A stretch of 64,000 bases of DNA from Lenisia limosa (lineage: Eukaryota; Protista; Breviatea), in assembly GCA_001655205.1 (NCBI GenBank), contig LPNZ01009518.1:1-64000 (forward strand). Direction: 5' to 3'. Below are positions 24,122-36,569 of this stretch, piece by piece. The notes beneath the pieces were generated by a model that saw only the letters and a list, made by a program, of their open reading frames with translations, did not search any database and was not told the origin of the DNA. The position numbers and the translations under genes were made by a program. Position 1 is the first letter of the stretch. Each line of letters opens with the position of its first letter.

Positions 24122-27100
24122 ATGTCAATTCGGCCATCGCAAGTTCCCCTTCTCACCGACTATGCGGCCCTGAAACGCGCCATGTTTGGGGAAACACTGC
24201 ATCTTTTGAGTATTTGGGTTTTTAACCTACATTTACATTTCAGAAAGAGCAGCGAATGGAGAAGGCGTCAGGTAAGGTTGTAGTTGTGCGTATGGCTGGC
24301 ATTTACTAACGACATAGGTGGCGACGGGGCGGCCGTTATTTGGAGTCTTTGAGGCTGCCCAGGCTGAAGCAGTGCTCCACTCTGACACAACGTTTGAATT
24401 GCAGCATATTTACAATTTAGTGTACAATCGCCGTATAAGTCGTACAGACGCTCCGTTCGTCCCACGACTCCGGAACATGGCGTTGTTGTTCCTGTCTTAT
24501 TGAGCAGTAGGAGGCATTCTAAGTTTTCTTTCTGCTTTGTTTGCGTTAACAGTTTAGAAAAGTACGATCTTGACATCAGAAGCTCGAAGTACCGAGAGCC
24601 TGATAGTTTGTGGACATATTAGGGTATATATTTAACTAACAAGATGAAGATAGTGACGACAACGGTCCGGTTGAGAATGAGGTAAGTTAGCTCTTTTGTG
24701 GTTTTTGACCAATAGAGCAACTCGGAGTCGTCAGATGAGAACAAAAGTAGAAAACAAAGAAGACGAATAGCGTAAGCGTATATATATTGTTCAAACATCT
24801 GTTGCTAGAGTTACAGAGTTACAACTATTATGCTCCCTGTTGGATCTTTTGAATATCATATCGCTAGTATGTATTATTCATAATCAAAGCTACCATATTT
24901 TAATATATTAGTGTGTTGTGTGGTTATACATTTCTTAATATAATATCGCTTTCAACACTTCTCATTTGCGCAGGCCACAGAAGAAGGAAGATACACCAAT
25001 TGAGAAGAAGCATGATGTTCTTCGCCATGTGGCTGGCACTGACCACAGTTTTATTCATCAGCAGGTGGGTGCAAAATGTGACTCTAAGTACCATCCATTT
25101 GTAAACTCATTTCTGTAGTTGGGTCCTGTGTATGATATTACTGAGGCTGAGTTGCCTCCACAGTTTAAAGTCGTCAAAACTCAGAAATCGAGCCAGTGAG
25201 TGTGATTTGAAGTTGAACGTTAATCTTCCAGGTCTCTTTTAGTACCAACTCCTGCCATATCTCTGGAGGAAAACGTTTGTCGTGATCCCTTTGGTAGCAT
25301 CACCTTCTAGGTCGAACGGAAAGCGCCTCCTCCATTACCACATCAGATTTACAGTCCAGCAGCACGAACTGTTTCCCGAAGAGTAGGATGCTTTTCAACT
25401 GACAAATTTAGTTGCAAAAAGAGGCTGCTGCAACCTCATGTTTAGAAAAGGATAGAAACATGGATCTGACACGCCCCGTTGGAGAGGTTGAGGAAAGGGA
25501 TATTATCCAGTCGCAATCTGGCGATGCTGACATTCATGCAATGAATGCTCTCCTGAGTACTGCAAATGGACAAGTACAGGTGGGTTGCTTTCTGAAAGAA
25601 TAGCAATGAATTGCAAAATCATCAGAGCTCCATTGTTGAGAGTGAAAATGACAGTTCACTATTTAATAATTTGTATACGTTATTCATTATATTATGCTAT
25701 GAATATTTATTAAAATTGTGGTCCTTTTGGATCAAAATGACAGCCACATTACTTGCTTAAAATGTGACTATCTTAAACCAGCTATTCTGGAACATCGCGA
25801 ATAGATTCAACTGCTTATCTTCGAAGGCATCCCGGGACAAAAGACACAAAATACTCAAAATTGTGGAACTCTCAGGGAAGACAACTAATGGACAGGTTTT
25901 CGGGGTTATTGCTGTCTTATGAGCTCTTAGATGTGCCCACTTACTCCACACGTTCCGGTTGGCCATGATGAAACCGGTCCAGTCGGTAAATTGGACACTG
26001 AAAATATGCCGACATATCGCCCCACTCCTACCCATCGCTCCACCCCTGCGAGCGCTAAGACATACGATTATGGTGAGAGGCTGGACTGCCGTTAACTATT
26101 CAGGCCTCCAACAGGCGGAGTCCACCCAAAGCACCTCACCTGTTCGTTCAAGGAGTAATCGAAGCGAGCAAATCAAACCCCTCTACTCACCCCCAAAGGT
26201 AACCCCTTTTGAAACAACTTGGCGATAACCCGTTAGGCAAAAGACATTCCCGATATTTTGCTCCCAGAGGACCTTGAAACGGGGTGTATCTCCGAACGGC
26301 CCAGTCAGCGTTCACACCGTTCAAGTTGGCTCCTTGGATCTTTTAACCATTTAGCCTACCATTCTCGCCAGCCATCTTCTCGAACAAATATGGTCTCTGT
26401 AAGGTGTATTTTTCGGTTTTATTCTGTAGCTTCGCTCTGAAGACGATTTCACCTCTTTCAACATTCCAAGTCTAAAGTATCATGGGGTAATCCATCTTTT
26501 ACAGCAATACTACTTTCAGACTGATGCGTCTGTTGATTTGCGGATTTATGTTTAATTCCCAGGATTCACCGAAGCGGATGGGAGGCTGCTGATGCCTTCG
26601 GTTCTCCACCCCCTGAGCTGGCTTCCAAAGCACCTGTTGCACTTTTGCCAGGTAACTGTCCATTTTGTAGATCAGAAGCTAAGTCTCACCAGGAATTGGA
26701 GACGAAGGATACCTCCATGCTGTTGCTGCCCGATATAAGGCGTATATGGCTGCGGATAGTAAAGGTTTGCAGTGGCCTCTGAGTAACAATAGCACAGTAT
26801 ACCATATTTTTACTTTAACTACCAATATTTGCCTAATACTTTTCATTTGCAACAGAACCACCGGGGGTCATCAGAAAGCATGCTGTAGAGTCTGTTTGGG
26901 GACACCATAGCGCAGTTGTGCAGAAGGAAAAGAAACGGTCTGAAGCGAATATGAATGGGACCCATTGTACAGCATTCAATAAGCTCCTTTTTATTTACTT
27001 AGGGAAGCACATTTGACGAAAACACGAAAACTGTTGAACTCAGCATTCTTCGCCACAGGTAAGAGAAGCACACCCTCACCACTCCAGAACATCGTGCAGC

Positions 27101-30100
27101 GAAAGTCATTCAACAGTGGTGGAAAGTCATCAGGATCGAAGTTCATGAAACGAGGGTGCAAGCAGCTATTCTGATTCAGGTTCAGAGCCTTTTTGACTTG
27201 ACTCCTTTAGCTCTGGTGGCGCGCATGTATGAATGTTGATCTTGCCAGTGAGCTGAAAGTAGCACTTTTTGTTTCAAGGACGAAAAAAGCAGCCAAAGAA
27301 CGATCCTCAAAGTACGTCATCGTAGAATGCTTCATTTCAGTGTGAACAATGACTCTCAATTGCTAAGGTCTAAATCCCTTGCCAATGCCCTTGCTGAAAC
27401 CATTGAAGAAGGGAGAAAACAGACACAAGCTGCTCTCTGCGTGCAGCGTGTGTGGCGAAGAAAACGAAAGGAAATGTTAGTATTCCACTGTTCAACTCGT
27501 TCACACTCAGGATGGAAAAGGAGCTGGAAGACGACCGCATCATGGAACACTATCATCGAAGGGTGATGGCATATGCTGCTCTACATCCACATGTATGTTG
27601 AAACGGCGCCGGATGATCATCCTTTTAATTTGAAATAAGGTTACATTCTAGCTTGTTGCTGAGGCAGAATCTGCGCTTAAAATGATGACATCTCCACGCG
27701 ATGATCCAAATGCCAGTAAATGTAAGGAGTGCCACTTACTCACTTGTAGATTCGCTTTCCGAGTCTGGGGCAACACTTCCCAAAACTGCGACCTTCATAG
27801 CCTCACGGTCGAACCTCCCACAGTTGGCTGGTCTTTGTTTATTTACATTCAGACCTGGTGCGGACTTGAAGTCTAGTTCTTCAGCGTCATCCTTAACGCC
27901 ACTCACGTCGGTACTTTCAAAGGAAACTCTTTCAACTCCCTCCAATGCTCATGACTTTAAACAGAAAGAGTTTGCTAATCTTTTGTGGATGCTAACTTTT
28001 CAGATTTGAAGCAAGTCTCAGGTACGAGTCCTTCCATGGAGAAGTCAATGTATGTTCTATTCATTGCCATTTACTTGGTCAGGATGAAGAATCTGATTTC
28101 ACTCCTTCACCTATGACTCCGTTCACACCACCTGGTATCTTTGAAAGTTGGTGCTAACAGTAATATCAATATTAAATTAGGCACTCCTCTCTCGCTTTAT
28201 AAAAATAACTAACTTCAACTTAGTAAGCCAAAAAGTCAGACAATCGGTGTCACCAACAAAGAGGTATTCTTCTAATCATTCCCTCACCCCAATAGTCGGA
28301 CTGACTCCCCTCTTAATGCTAGCACCTCTGTTTCAAGATTGGAAAGGGCTCTGGCATCATCATTGTCATCTAAAAGAGTCCCAATGGACATGTCAGTGTC
28401 ACGTATGCTGTGCTGCTCTCCTTGCATATTTCACTGTCTAGGTTCTGTGGCTTTTTCAGACCCGCAGCCAACCAGCAAGCCATCCGTGCTGCCGTCAACG
28501 GAAGAAGCGCCAGCCAGTGTTATTTCGCAGCGCCTCGTCAATGAGCCATCCATTGACGTTTGTTTGCCTCCCGCTTTTACTCTATAGTCTCTCCTGAACT
28601 CCAGCTCACTGCATTTCTCTGATGACGATGAGGTAACAATAGTTCACATTAATCTCTGTAGAACGTTTTCAGTCAGGTGGCTACTCAAGGGTCGGACCGC
28701 GCTCGTCCCAAAGCCAAGGCCTCGAAATCACATGACTCAAGACCTTCCACTGCCGGTTTGCTCCATTTGTTTCTTAATCACCAAGCTCCGTGTCCTCGAA
28801 CATCGATGAGCGTCAAGCAACGGCCAAAGACTGCGGCAGAAGAACACCACGTCAACAGGGCTGACCTGTCACAACTTAACCAGGAATTACGGAGGCGAAG
28901 AGTCAACAGACCGACAACTGTAAGGCCTTTTTCTGGTTCTCACCTATTAGCTGGCTAAAACAGCGTCGTCAAAATCGTCAGTCCTAGTATGATGGTCCTG
29001 TTCTGTGCTACTCTTGGATCGTTATTTGAGGATTTCTTGAGGCAGTCCTTCTCCTTTGGCATGACTAACAGTCTAGGACCAGCCGCCACCAGCCACCTCC
29101 CGTCTCCTAGTATCATCATCACCTCAGTTGGTTCACTTGTAATCATGGATATATTTTGATAGTTTACGATATTTTTATTACCAGAGTGAAGCCTTAGTTA
29201 TCGCTAAGCATTGTAGCATCCCACCTGCTTCAAGACTCCCGAAGTCTAACGACCTCCTGGAAACTCTTCCAACTCCGGTTGGGGGGATGGATTCTTTCCT
29301 GTTATTTTCTTTTTGGAATGAAATTACAGCCTCACTGGTATTATGATTACATCACAGCTATAATTGTATTTTCAAAAGTAGTTTTAGTCCTTTCACGCAA
29401 ATATCTGATACCTCAGTCGTCACCAGTACTCCGCAAACCCAATGGAATGTTGCGAACTCCTTCTGCACATGGAACGGTTTGTTCACCTCTTGAAGGCATA
29501 GTATTCTTCTTTGAAGGTTATGACTGCTTCAGAGGACTGAAGGAAGAGAGCGGCAGAAAAGGCCAGCAACTGCCCATCTGGGAGCCTCACAGAGCAACAA
29601 ACCCCTTACAGTTGCTGACTTAGAGCCTGTAAGAACTCACGTTTATTTGACCTTTCAGCTGGCCTTCACAGATTCTTCCATTCAGCGCAGGGATACGCGT
29701 TTGCGAAGCTCAGCGTCTTGGTCACGTAATGAACTTGCTAGTTCCAAATCTGAAGCGGCAACCCGCACCCGGGTCTCTGCAGGAGCTAGACGGCCGAAAA
29801 CAGCTAGTGTCGTGAACTTCAGTGACAAGGTTTGCGTGCCAATAGTCTAACTCTTTAGGCTTCCGTGAGTGTTGTTGATTTAGCAAGTGATGATGTTGGT
29901 CCGCTATCTCCCAGTGATAAAAGGTGAGAGCAGCCTTGTGTACGTGCAGTAATGTTTAGTTCGAAATCAATGCCGTCTTTCGGTAAGACCACCATCGAAG
30001 CCAGAGTGTCGCGTCTTCGTGTCGCAGCCATTCCAGATGTTCCTGGTTTGTCATCCGCATTGTCTCACTTCAAAGAGCCCGAACCGGTTGTGAGGAGAAC

Positions 30101-30143
30101 TCCAAAAGCCAGGACCAAACGAACCGCCCCGGTCTCTGCGTAG
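24122..30143 (+). CDS. Large hypothetical Ser/Pro/Arg-rich protein with one IQ-like motif
   Basis: Dozens of GT-AG exons on the + strand. An IQ-like segment QTQAALCVQRVWRRKRK lies at ~27420-27470, and the C-terminal half is low complexity. May be more than one gene. Confidence 0.55.
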
Positions 30144-30399
30144 GTTTATCAATTTCGTAACAGTTTAGTCCGAAAGAGCCCCAACAGCCCTTGTTTTTCT
30201 TAAGTGGACAGAAGTTTTTGTAAATCTCTATTTAAATTCTAATTCCATTTTTGTTGTAGATTTTTCGTTTCTTGTGCAGTAAATGTGTTATAGAAGCTGT
30301 GTGTTCTTTTATTATTAATGTAATAGGTTGTAGTTATTAAGCAAGGGTTTCATCGTGAGAAGTGGTAATAAAACAAGACAGAGCTTCTAAAGGTAAAAC

Positions 30400-32365
30400 C
30401 ATATTTTCCCGTTCTAGAAGTTAAACTGCTTCAAAGTACATCCATTGATCAAACATGATACAGGAAAGAAAAGTCTGCTCTTCAGAGTGACGGCTTCCAG
30501 CACTTGCAACATCGCTCACAATTCACAAGAGAAAATGCCTCTAACTTCCTTTATCTGTTCCTTGTAGTCTTGTAACTGATCATCATATTCGTTAACTTGC
30601 TGTTGAAGACGTGATCTAAACGATAAGGGGATCAAAATACAAAAGCAAACCTCCATCTGACACTTTGCCTTTTTGACCTTCACTGCTGCTATGTTATCAT
30701 TCATCTTGTCCTATAAGGATAACCAAATCGTATCTTGACAATACAAGGTGGCGTTCTTACAGTAAATGATTTGACATTCCTCTTCATCCTTTTGATGGTT
30801 ATAATGAATGACCCATGTTGAATACAAAAGAAGAATGACCGCCAAACTGGGAACAAGGCATCTCTGGTCGCCTCAAAGTCGATCAGCATAAACATTGGCT
30901 ATTTCGATAATGTGTAAAGAAAAATGTGAAGAGAGCAGTTAAACTTGAAACAACAATGAAAGCAGTGTATGTGAAGACTCACCAGAGTGAATAAATGCGA
31001 TAACATGATTGAGTAGGTCCTCGGAATGCTGTTGCGTCTACCTTCTTTGGCAAAGTATCTGGAAAATGGAGGCCTGGAAAATGAGAATGTGGGCAAAGCA
31101 GTGTAGGTGGTCTCACCACAAGGTAAGGACTCTGCCGTGCAATGTTTAAATACAATTCCCAGTTAACTAAGTGTGACAGTGAGCTGCCACAACCCAATTT
31201 CTTTTTTAATGGCATTCTTATCCTTCTGTCCATTGTTATAAGTAACACCGGAATCGACAGGCAACGCCTTTCCGTCCTTCTCCCAGTTGTGTATCTGGTC
31301 ACTTGTCACGGTAAATGACTATCTTTTTGCAACAACTACCCCAGTCTACACGAGCTCAAAAGTGTCAGTATAGAAGGAGGACAGCTACCCCAGTCTACAC
31401 GAGCTCAAAAGTACCAGTATAGAGGGAGGTGATTCCTGAATATTCCTTTACTTATAGTAGGTATGTCACTGAGAACTGCCACGTCATCAGGTACAAAATC
31501 GCTGAAATTTTTTAAGTTTTGTTTACAATTATTTTTAAACAGTTTTAGAGAGTAATTCTTTTGAATTTTTTACTTCGGTGAAAATTATGTGAAAGTTGAC
31601 AAAATCCGAGCCAAGTTTGCTTTAAACATGTTCAGTTTCATCAAGAGTGACGGCTAAGGTGAGCAAATTGGATATGGCTGGTGAAGGAAAACAGTAGGAT
31701 CAGGTCACGCTAAGCGAACGGAAATAGCGGACATGCCTGGCACGCAATACTTTGGAAGTGAGTATGGACTGAAGAAGAGTGGAATATCAGTCAGCAGCCT
31801 TGTGATATAAAAAAAACAGTGTGTGTCACCTTTACATGAGGCTTCGTTTATCATTAAAACACTCAAAACCAGGAAAAACAAAATATCATTACAAGTGATC
31901 GTTGACATGAATCCCCTTGTATACTATAATTTTGCTATATCATACTACATAATATTTTCTGTTTCTAACGCTTTGAACATGACCTTCTGAAATATGGCCC
32001 ACATACCAGAACCTGAGTGCTTTTGAGAAGTGACGGGGGGGGGGGGNNNNNNNNNNCGGAGCTAAAAAGGAAGGGCGCCAGTGGCAAGCCAGTGGCGCCA
32101 GATAAGCACCGGTCGCGATGGGTTTTTTGATAACCATGCTGTTGGTAGTGTGAGTGTGCGCCTTCAAGGCAATAGTTTCAATAAGTCAAGAAGTCATTAT
32201 TATTATTATTATATGAAGAGGGGAGGAACGCGGTTGTAATCTTGTAATCCCCCCTCCCCTCTTGCAACTTGCTGACTGTGTTGTTCCATTCCGCCATGCG
32301 TCAACGCTTGAGTGGTAAGAGGGATGTAAAAAGGATATCTTTTTGTAATGTGTGTTTGCCATCAT
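30400..32365 (-). CDS. hypothetical protein with C-terminal coiled coil
   Basis: Open exons read DFVPDDVAVLSDIPTISKEYSGITSLYTGTFEL / SFTVTSDQIHNWEKDGKALPVDSG / SRLQQQVNEYDDQLQDYKEQIKEVR. The 5' model depends on the candidate AT-AC intron. Confidence 0.5.
31336..31429. repeat. 49-bp tandem duplication spanning an exon/intron junction
   Basis: CTACCCCAGTCTACACGAGCTCAAAAGT(GT/AC)CAGTATAGA(A/G)GGAGG starts at 31336 and again at 31385. Confidence 0.92.
32175..32338 (-). other. Candidate U12-type (AT-AC) intron
   Basis: Minus strand reads AAG|ATATCCTTTTT...CTTCTTGAC TTATTGAAAC|TAT. It follows a 27-nt ATG exon and the frame stays open after splicing. Confidence 0.35.
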
Positions 32366-32435
32366 CCTTCTTCCTTTTGTTAGAAAGGACCAATTGTTCA
32401 AATCAGTGAATCAGTTGCTTGTTCTTAGGCTTTAG

Positions 32436-35400
32436 ATGGCAAAAGAAAACGTAGGCGTCCTGCAGTTCTTAGCTCAAAACTCTCAGTTAGTTGGGATATT
32501 TTTTATTAATTTCATTTCCTGTTCTTTTTTGGTGAACAGTAGTACTTATTCAAGGTCACAGTATTCAAATCCTGGTTTGTTATATCAGTACTGCTCTTGT
32601 CCCAATCTTACATGAAGGTACAATATTAATAAATATCGGTAGTTCGAGGATTTATCGAGTAATTTAGTCTTTTTAAAAAAACTGAAGTGAAGCACTACTT
32701 ACATGAGGCATTTTTTTATGGTACACTGTTGATCACTACTCGTTTGGTTCAATTGATGGATACTCTATTATAATACTATTGAACATTGTTGTACGCGGTG
32801 CATAGCACCGTAGCATAAATCTTCAATCATTTTCTAGGATTTACAAAGCATCGCACTTGCCCTCACGGAAGATGAGGCCATTGTCAGCGCAGCAGTGTCA
32901 GTCTCCGGACTTCACTTCCCTCCCACGGCTCTCCCTCCCCACTTCCCACACTTCCATGCAGCCGCCACAGCGATTGGGCGGGAGTATCCGGTTTGGCTGT
33001 TTACATTGGCCAACACTTTTGAAGAGACTAGGCCACCGCTGTGACGCGGATGGCTTCGTCAAGGGCTGGATTTCGCCCCGTCCTGGTGTGGTGTTGTTGA
33101 GGCACCTAACACCTGTCCAGCACGGAAAAAAGAACGTAAGTCCCAATACACTATAAATCAACACAGGTTCTTTTCTCATTTAATTTCTTACTTGAGTTGT
33201 TTACTTTTCTCTCTCTATATGTATGATTTCATTATTACTACTCACTGAGAGCGAAGATGTGGGGCTGCCAAGAAGGTCTTCTCTATTAATAGAAACTTCA
33301 GCATCTCGGGTGGAGCTGGTGTTATCTTTTCCTTTTTCTATTATCCTATTTGGTTTGACGTGGTGCTACCTTTACAGAAAAAATAGAAGAAAGGCTTCAT
33401 GTTTCTACATATGATATAGTATAGTATATCATAATATAGTATATAACGTATAGGATTACTATGATAGAATATGAAATATTATGTATTTTGTTTATTGTTT
33501 TAAAAAATGATTGTTTTACCAATATTGTATTAAGAATTGTGTTTTTCCTTATTGACTTGATTTTTCTAAACTTTTTGAAAACGTTATATTATAATGAAGT
33601 GAATCATGTGTCATAAAATATAGGTATATGTACTATGGAATAGTTTTCCTGTTTCTTCAAATGAAAATTCCTCACGCAAGAACCTGTTTTATTATTTATT
33701 TTAGATGCCAACTTTCTCATATCGAGTTTCGGAGCAGTGTGAAGCTTTACTCAACCCCCAAGGACCAGCAGTGGCGGACCTCTAAGAAGGGCTTCCACTG
33801 CTCCTGTGGTCGTGCTGGTTGCGGGCATCTTCCCGCCTCTTCCCCCGATGGTTGGACTTGGGAAATGTTATAATAATACAGAGGGACATAAAGATTCAGT
33901 TTGACAAAGACATAATTCAAATGCTAGTCTATACCCACTCATTCCGCATGATGAACGCTACTAATAGGGGGAATGTATTTGAACGCAGTAGCAGGCATTA
34001 CCTTGAAGCGCCTTCAGTGGACCCAGTTCCTGCCCCAGTCACTTCTCAAGCCCCTACTCAACGTTGGACAACAGTTGGAGAGGACATTGTCTTCCTCTTT
34101 AGTTCTGACGAAAAAGCTGCTCTCCGCCAATTGGCGATGTAAGGTACGTAATTTAGTTCAATTTATATCAATTAACACCTAATTAGTTATCATGCCTTGT
34201 GGACTCGGTACTGCAGTTGAGCCACCAGTCGCGTACTCAGATGTGTACCGCTGCTCTGAAAAGGTCCGTGGATATTGCAATAGATTGTATTGTGACAANN
34301 NNNNNNNNNNNNNNNNNNNNNNNNNNNNNNNNNNNNNNNNNNNNNNNNNNNNNNNNNNNNNNNNNNNNNNNNTTACCCAATAGTGTTTTTGCAGAAAATG
34401 AGATATTGTTTCGAATTTTGGAGTTTTTTTTATTTTTTTAGAGAATACGCACTTGGTGACCTCGATGATGCCCTTCGCTCTCTCATCCCCACCTTCACAA
34501 CCGAAGGAAACCTCCCCCATGCAGTTCAAGCACGTGGCATGTCTTCCAGTAATTTGCTTGCTGCCGGTGGTGTCGCCAGCTATAACTGCCAAAGTATGTC
34601 ATCATCGTTTTCCACTGACGTTTGGAGAGTCAAACTGACCTCTATTTAGTTAAGCCGTATCAAAATTGCACTAAGTAAGTATGAGCAAATCCCTCCGTCG
34701 CCACTTCTCTACGTAAGTATCAGAGTTGATGTGTATCATGTGTACAATGTTATCAGTATTATGTATAGTATGAATGATAGATGATTGTGCTGTTGACTGT
34801 TTTAGTACAATGCCACTGCGTTTATACGCTTTATTCGGCACTTTGAGACTGCTGGCCCTGCCCTATCCACTTTCGTTGAGACTCTTGAGGCTCGTTGTGA
34901 GGAGTTTAAGGCCTGCTGCTACTACTCACCTGTGGTGGTGGGTTTCCTTTGTTTTGACATCTGATTTTGCCTGCTTTTTTTGACTAATTTAGGGGCTTCA
35001 AAGGTTTCAGGCCTTGAGAGCGGCGTCTTTGACCCATCCGCCCCCCTCTCTTCAAAGTCCCCAACATTACTACTGCGGTGCAGACAGTATCATAGAACCA
35101 AGTATAATCTTTCAGGCATCATCCCCTTGTGCAAAGCACTTCCCCTCAAGCAGCAACCATCAAGGGCAAGCTGCTTGTGACGAAATGTCAGCACGGTGAG
35201 GAAAGAAGTAACTTGAAGAAAAGCCTTAATGAAGCAGAATGCGACCAAAATCAAACTCTACCGTCATAAATATTACTCTTTCTTGTTTTTATTTTTATAG
35301 CTGAATTAATTGAGAAGTTCATCATTAGCTTACCTTCGCCGTTCCAATGACGATATCCCAGGACTCAGTAGAGCGGAAATGCTCATGCCATGCAATGAAA

Positions 35401-36123
35401 GCACCATTGTCACCTCCCAATACCTTGCTGCCCCGGGTAGGAAAGGGTCTGTTATATCTTTTAACCATGGAAGATGGTTCTTTGATGTTGGTATTTTTGC
35501 TCTTCCTTTGTCTCTGCTGATTCTGTCAGATGATACCATCAACTTTGTCATGGACTCCTCCTGCGGTGTTGTCGCCACCATGGCTAAGTGGGCTCCGTGG
35601 CTCCTCCTCATCACCCTCGCTCGTGTGGACGGCTTCCACTTCCGTTTCCCTCAACACTAAGACATCCGTCGCCACCATCACTGCGAAAGGATCTGTATGC
35701 TGGTGACAAGGTGCTCCCATTACCAAAAATAATTCACTTTATAACAAAACAGTTGGAATTACAGTAGTTGAGGAATGAAGATAGCTGTTTTTGAAATGGT
35801 CATTTCGTCAATTATTAACTGACAGAATCTCTAATAAATATTTACTAAATATATATTTAGTATATATTAGTTCCTGTTTATGCTGATCCTCTCTCAACTG
35901 GTTTAATGACGATATTAGAGTGTCGAAGCCTTAAACCACTGGCTTCAGGAGTCTTCAAGTTCACTCTCCTGGATGGGGCCGGTTTGTTTCTTCTGTTTAT
36001 TTGGTCTGATTAACTATGTAGGAGAACCTCATCAAACAGGTGGTCTTCATCATGGCTAAGGCAAACCGCAGTCTCTTCATGCCTTTTGTTTCTTCTTCTT
36101 ACGCCATAGAACTGAAGCAATGA
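32436..36123 (+). CDS. Large hypothetical protein (multi-exon)
   Basis: Open exons include DLQSIALALTEDEAIVSAAVSVSG, YNATAFIRFIRHFETAGPALSTFVETLEARCEEFK and VPVYADPLSTGLMTILECRSLKPLASGVFKFTLLDG. Family not recognised. Confidence 0.55.
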
Positions 36124-36569
36124 TAATGTTGAGCTGCTAGCTGGATTTTAATGTGATGTATGTATTTTGTGAGTGATAAAAAAAAGTATAAAATCTCCTT
36201 TTTTTTTTTTGTACCTATAGGTTTGGGATTGAGCAAATATTTGTTGATTTACAAAGGACATCCCCACATCCAAATGTGGAGGGTACAAAAACAAAAAAAA
36301 ACNNNNNNNNNNNNNNNNNNNNNNNNNNNNNNNNNNNNNNNNNNNNNNNNNNNNNNNNNNNNNNNNNNNNNNNNNNNNNNNNNNNNNNGTGTTCAGGACG
36401 AAACGATGTTTTTTGAAGGAGTATCATCATTCTCTTGTAGCTAGACTCATAAAATCCCCCCTACCCCCTTTATCCTTCCCGACTCGTAAATGTGCAATTC
36501 TTATGATATTGATAGAAAATACATTGACGTTACACACACAAGGACAGCAGTATACATTCTCCACGATTT

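Noticed and set aside
25757-26035. Minus-strand 92-aa ORF as a nested gene
   Set aside because: It overlaps GT-AG exons of the + strand gene and has no recognisable motif or splice support.
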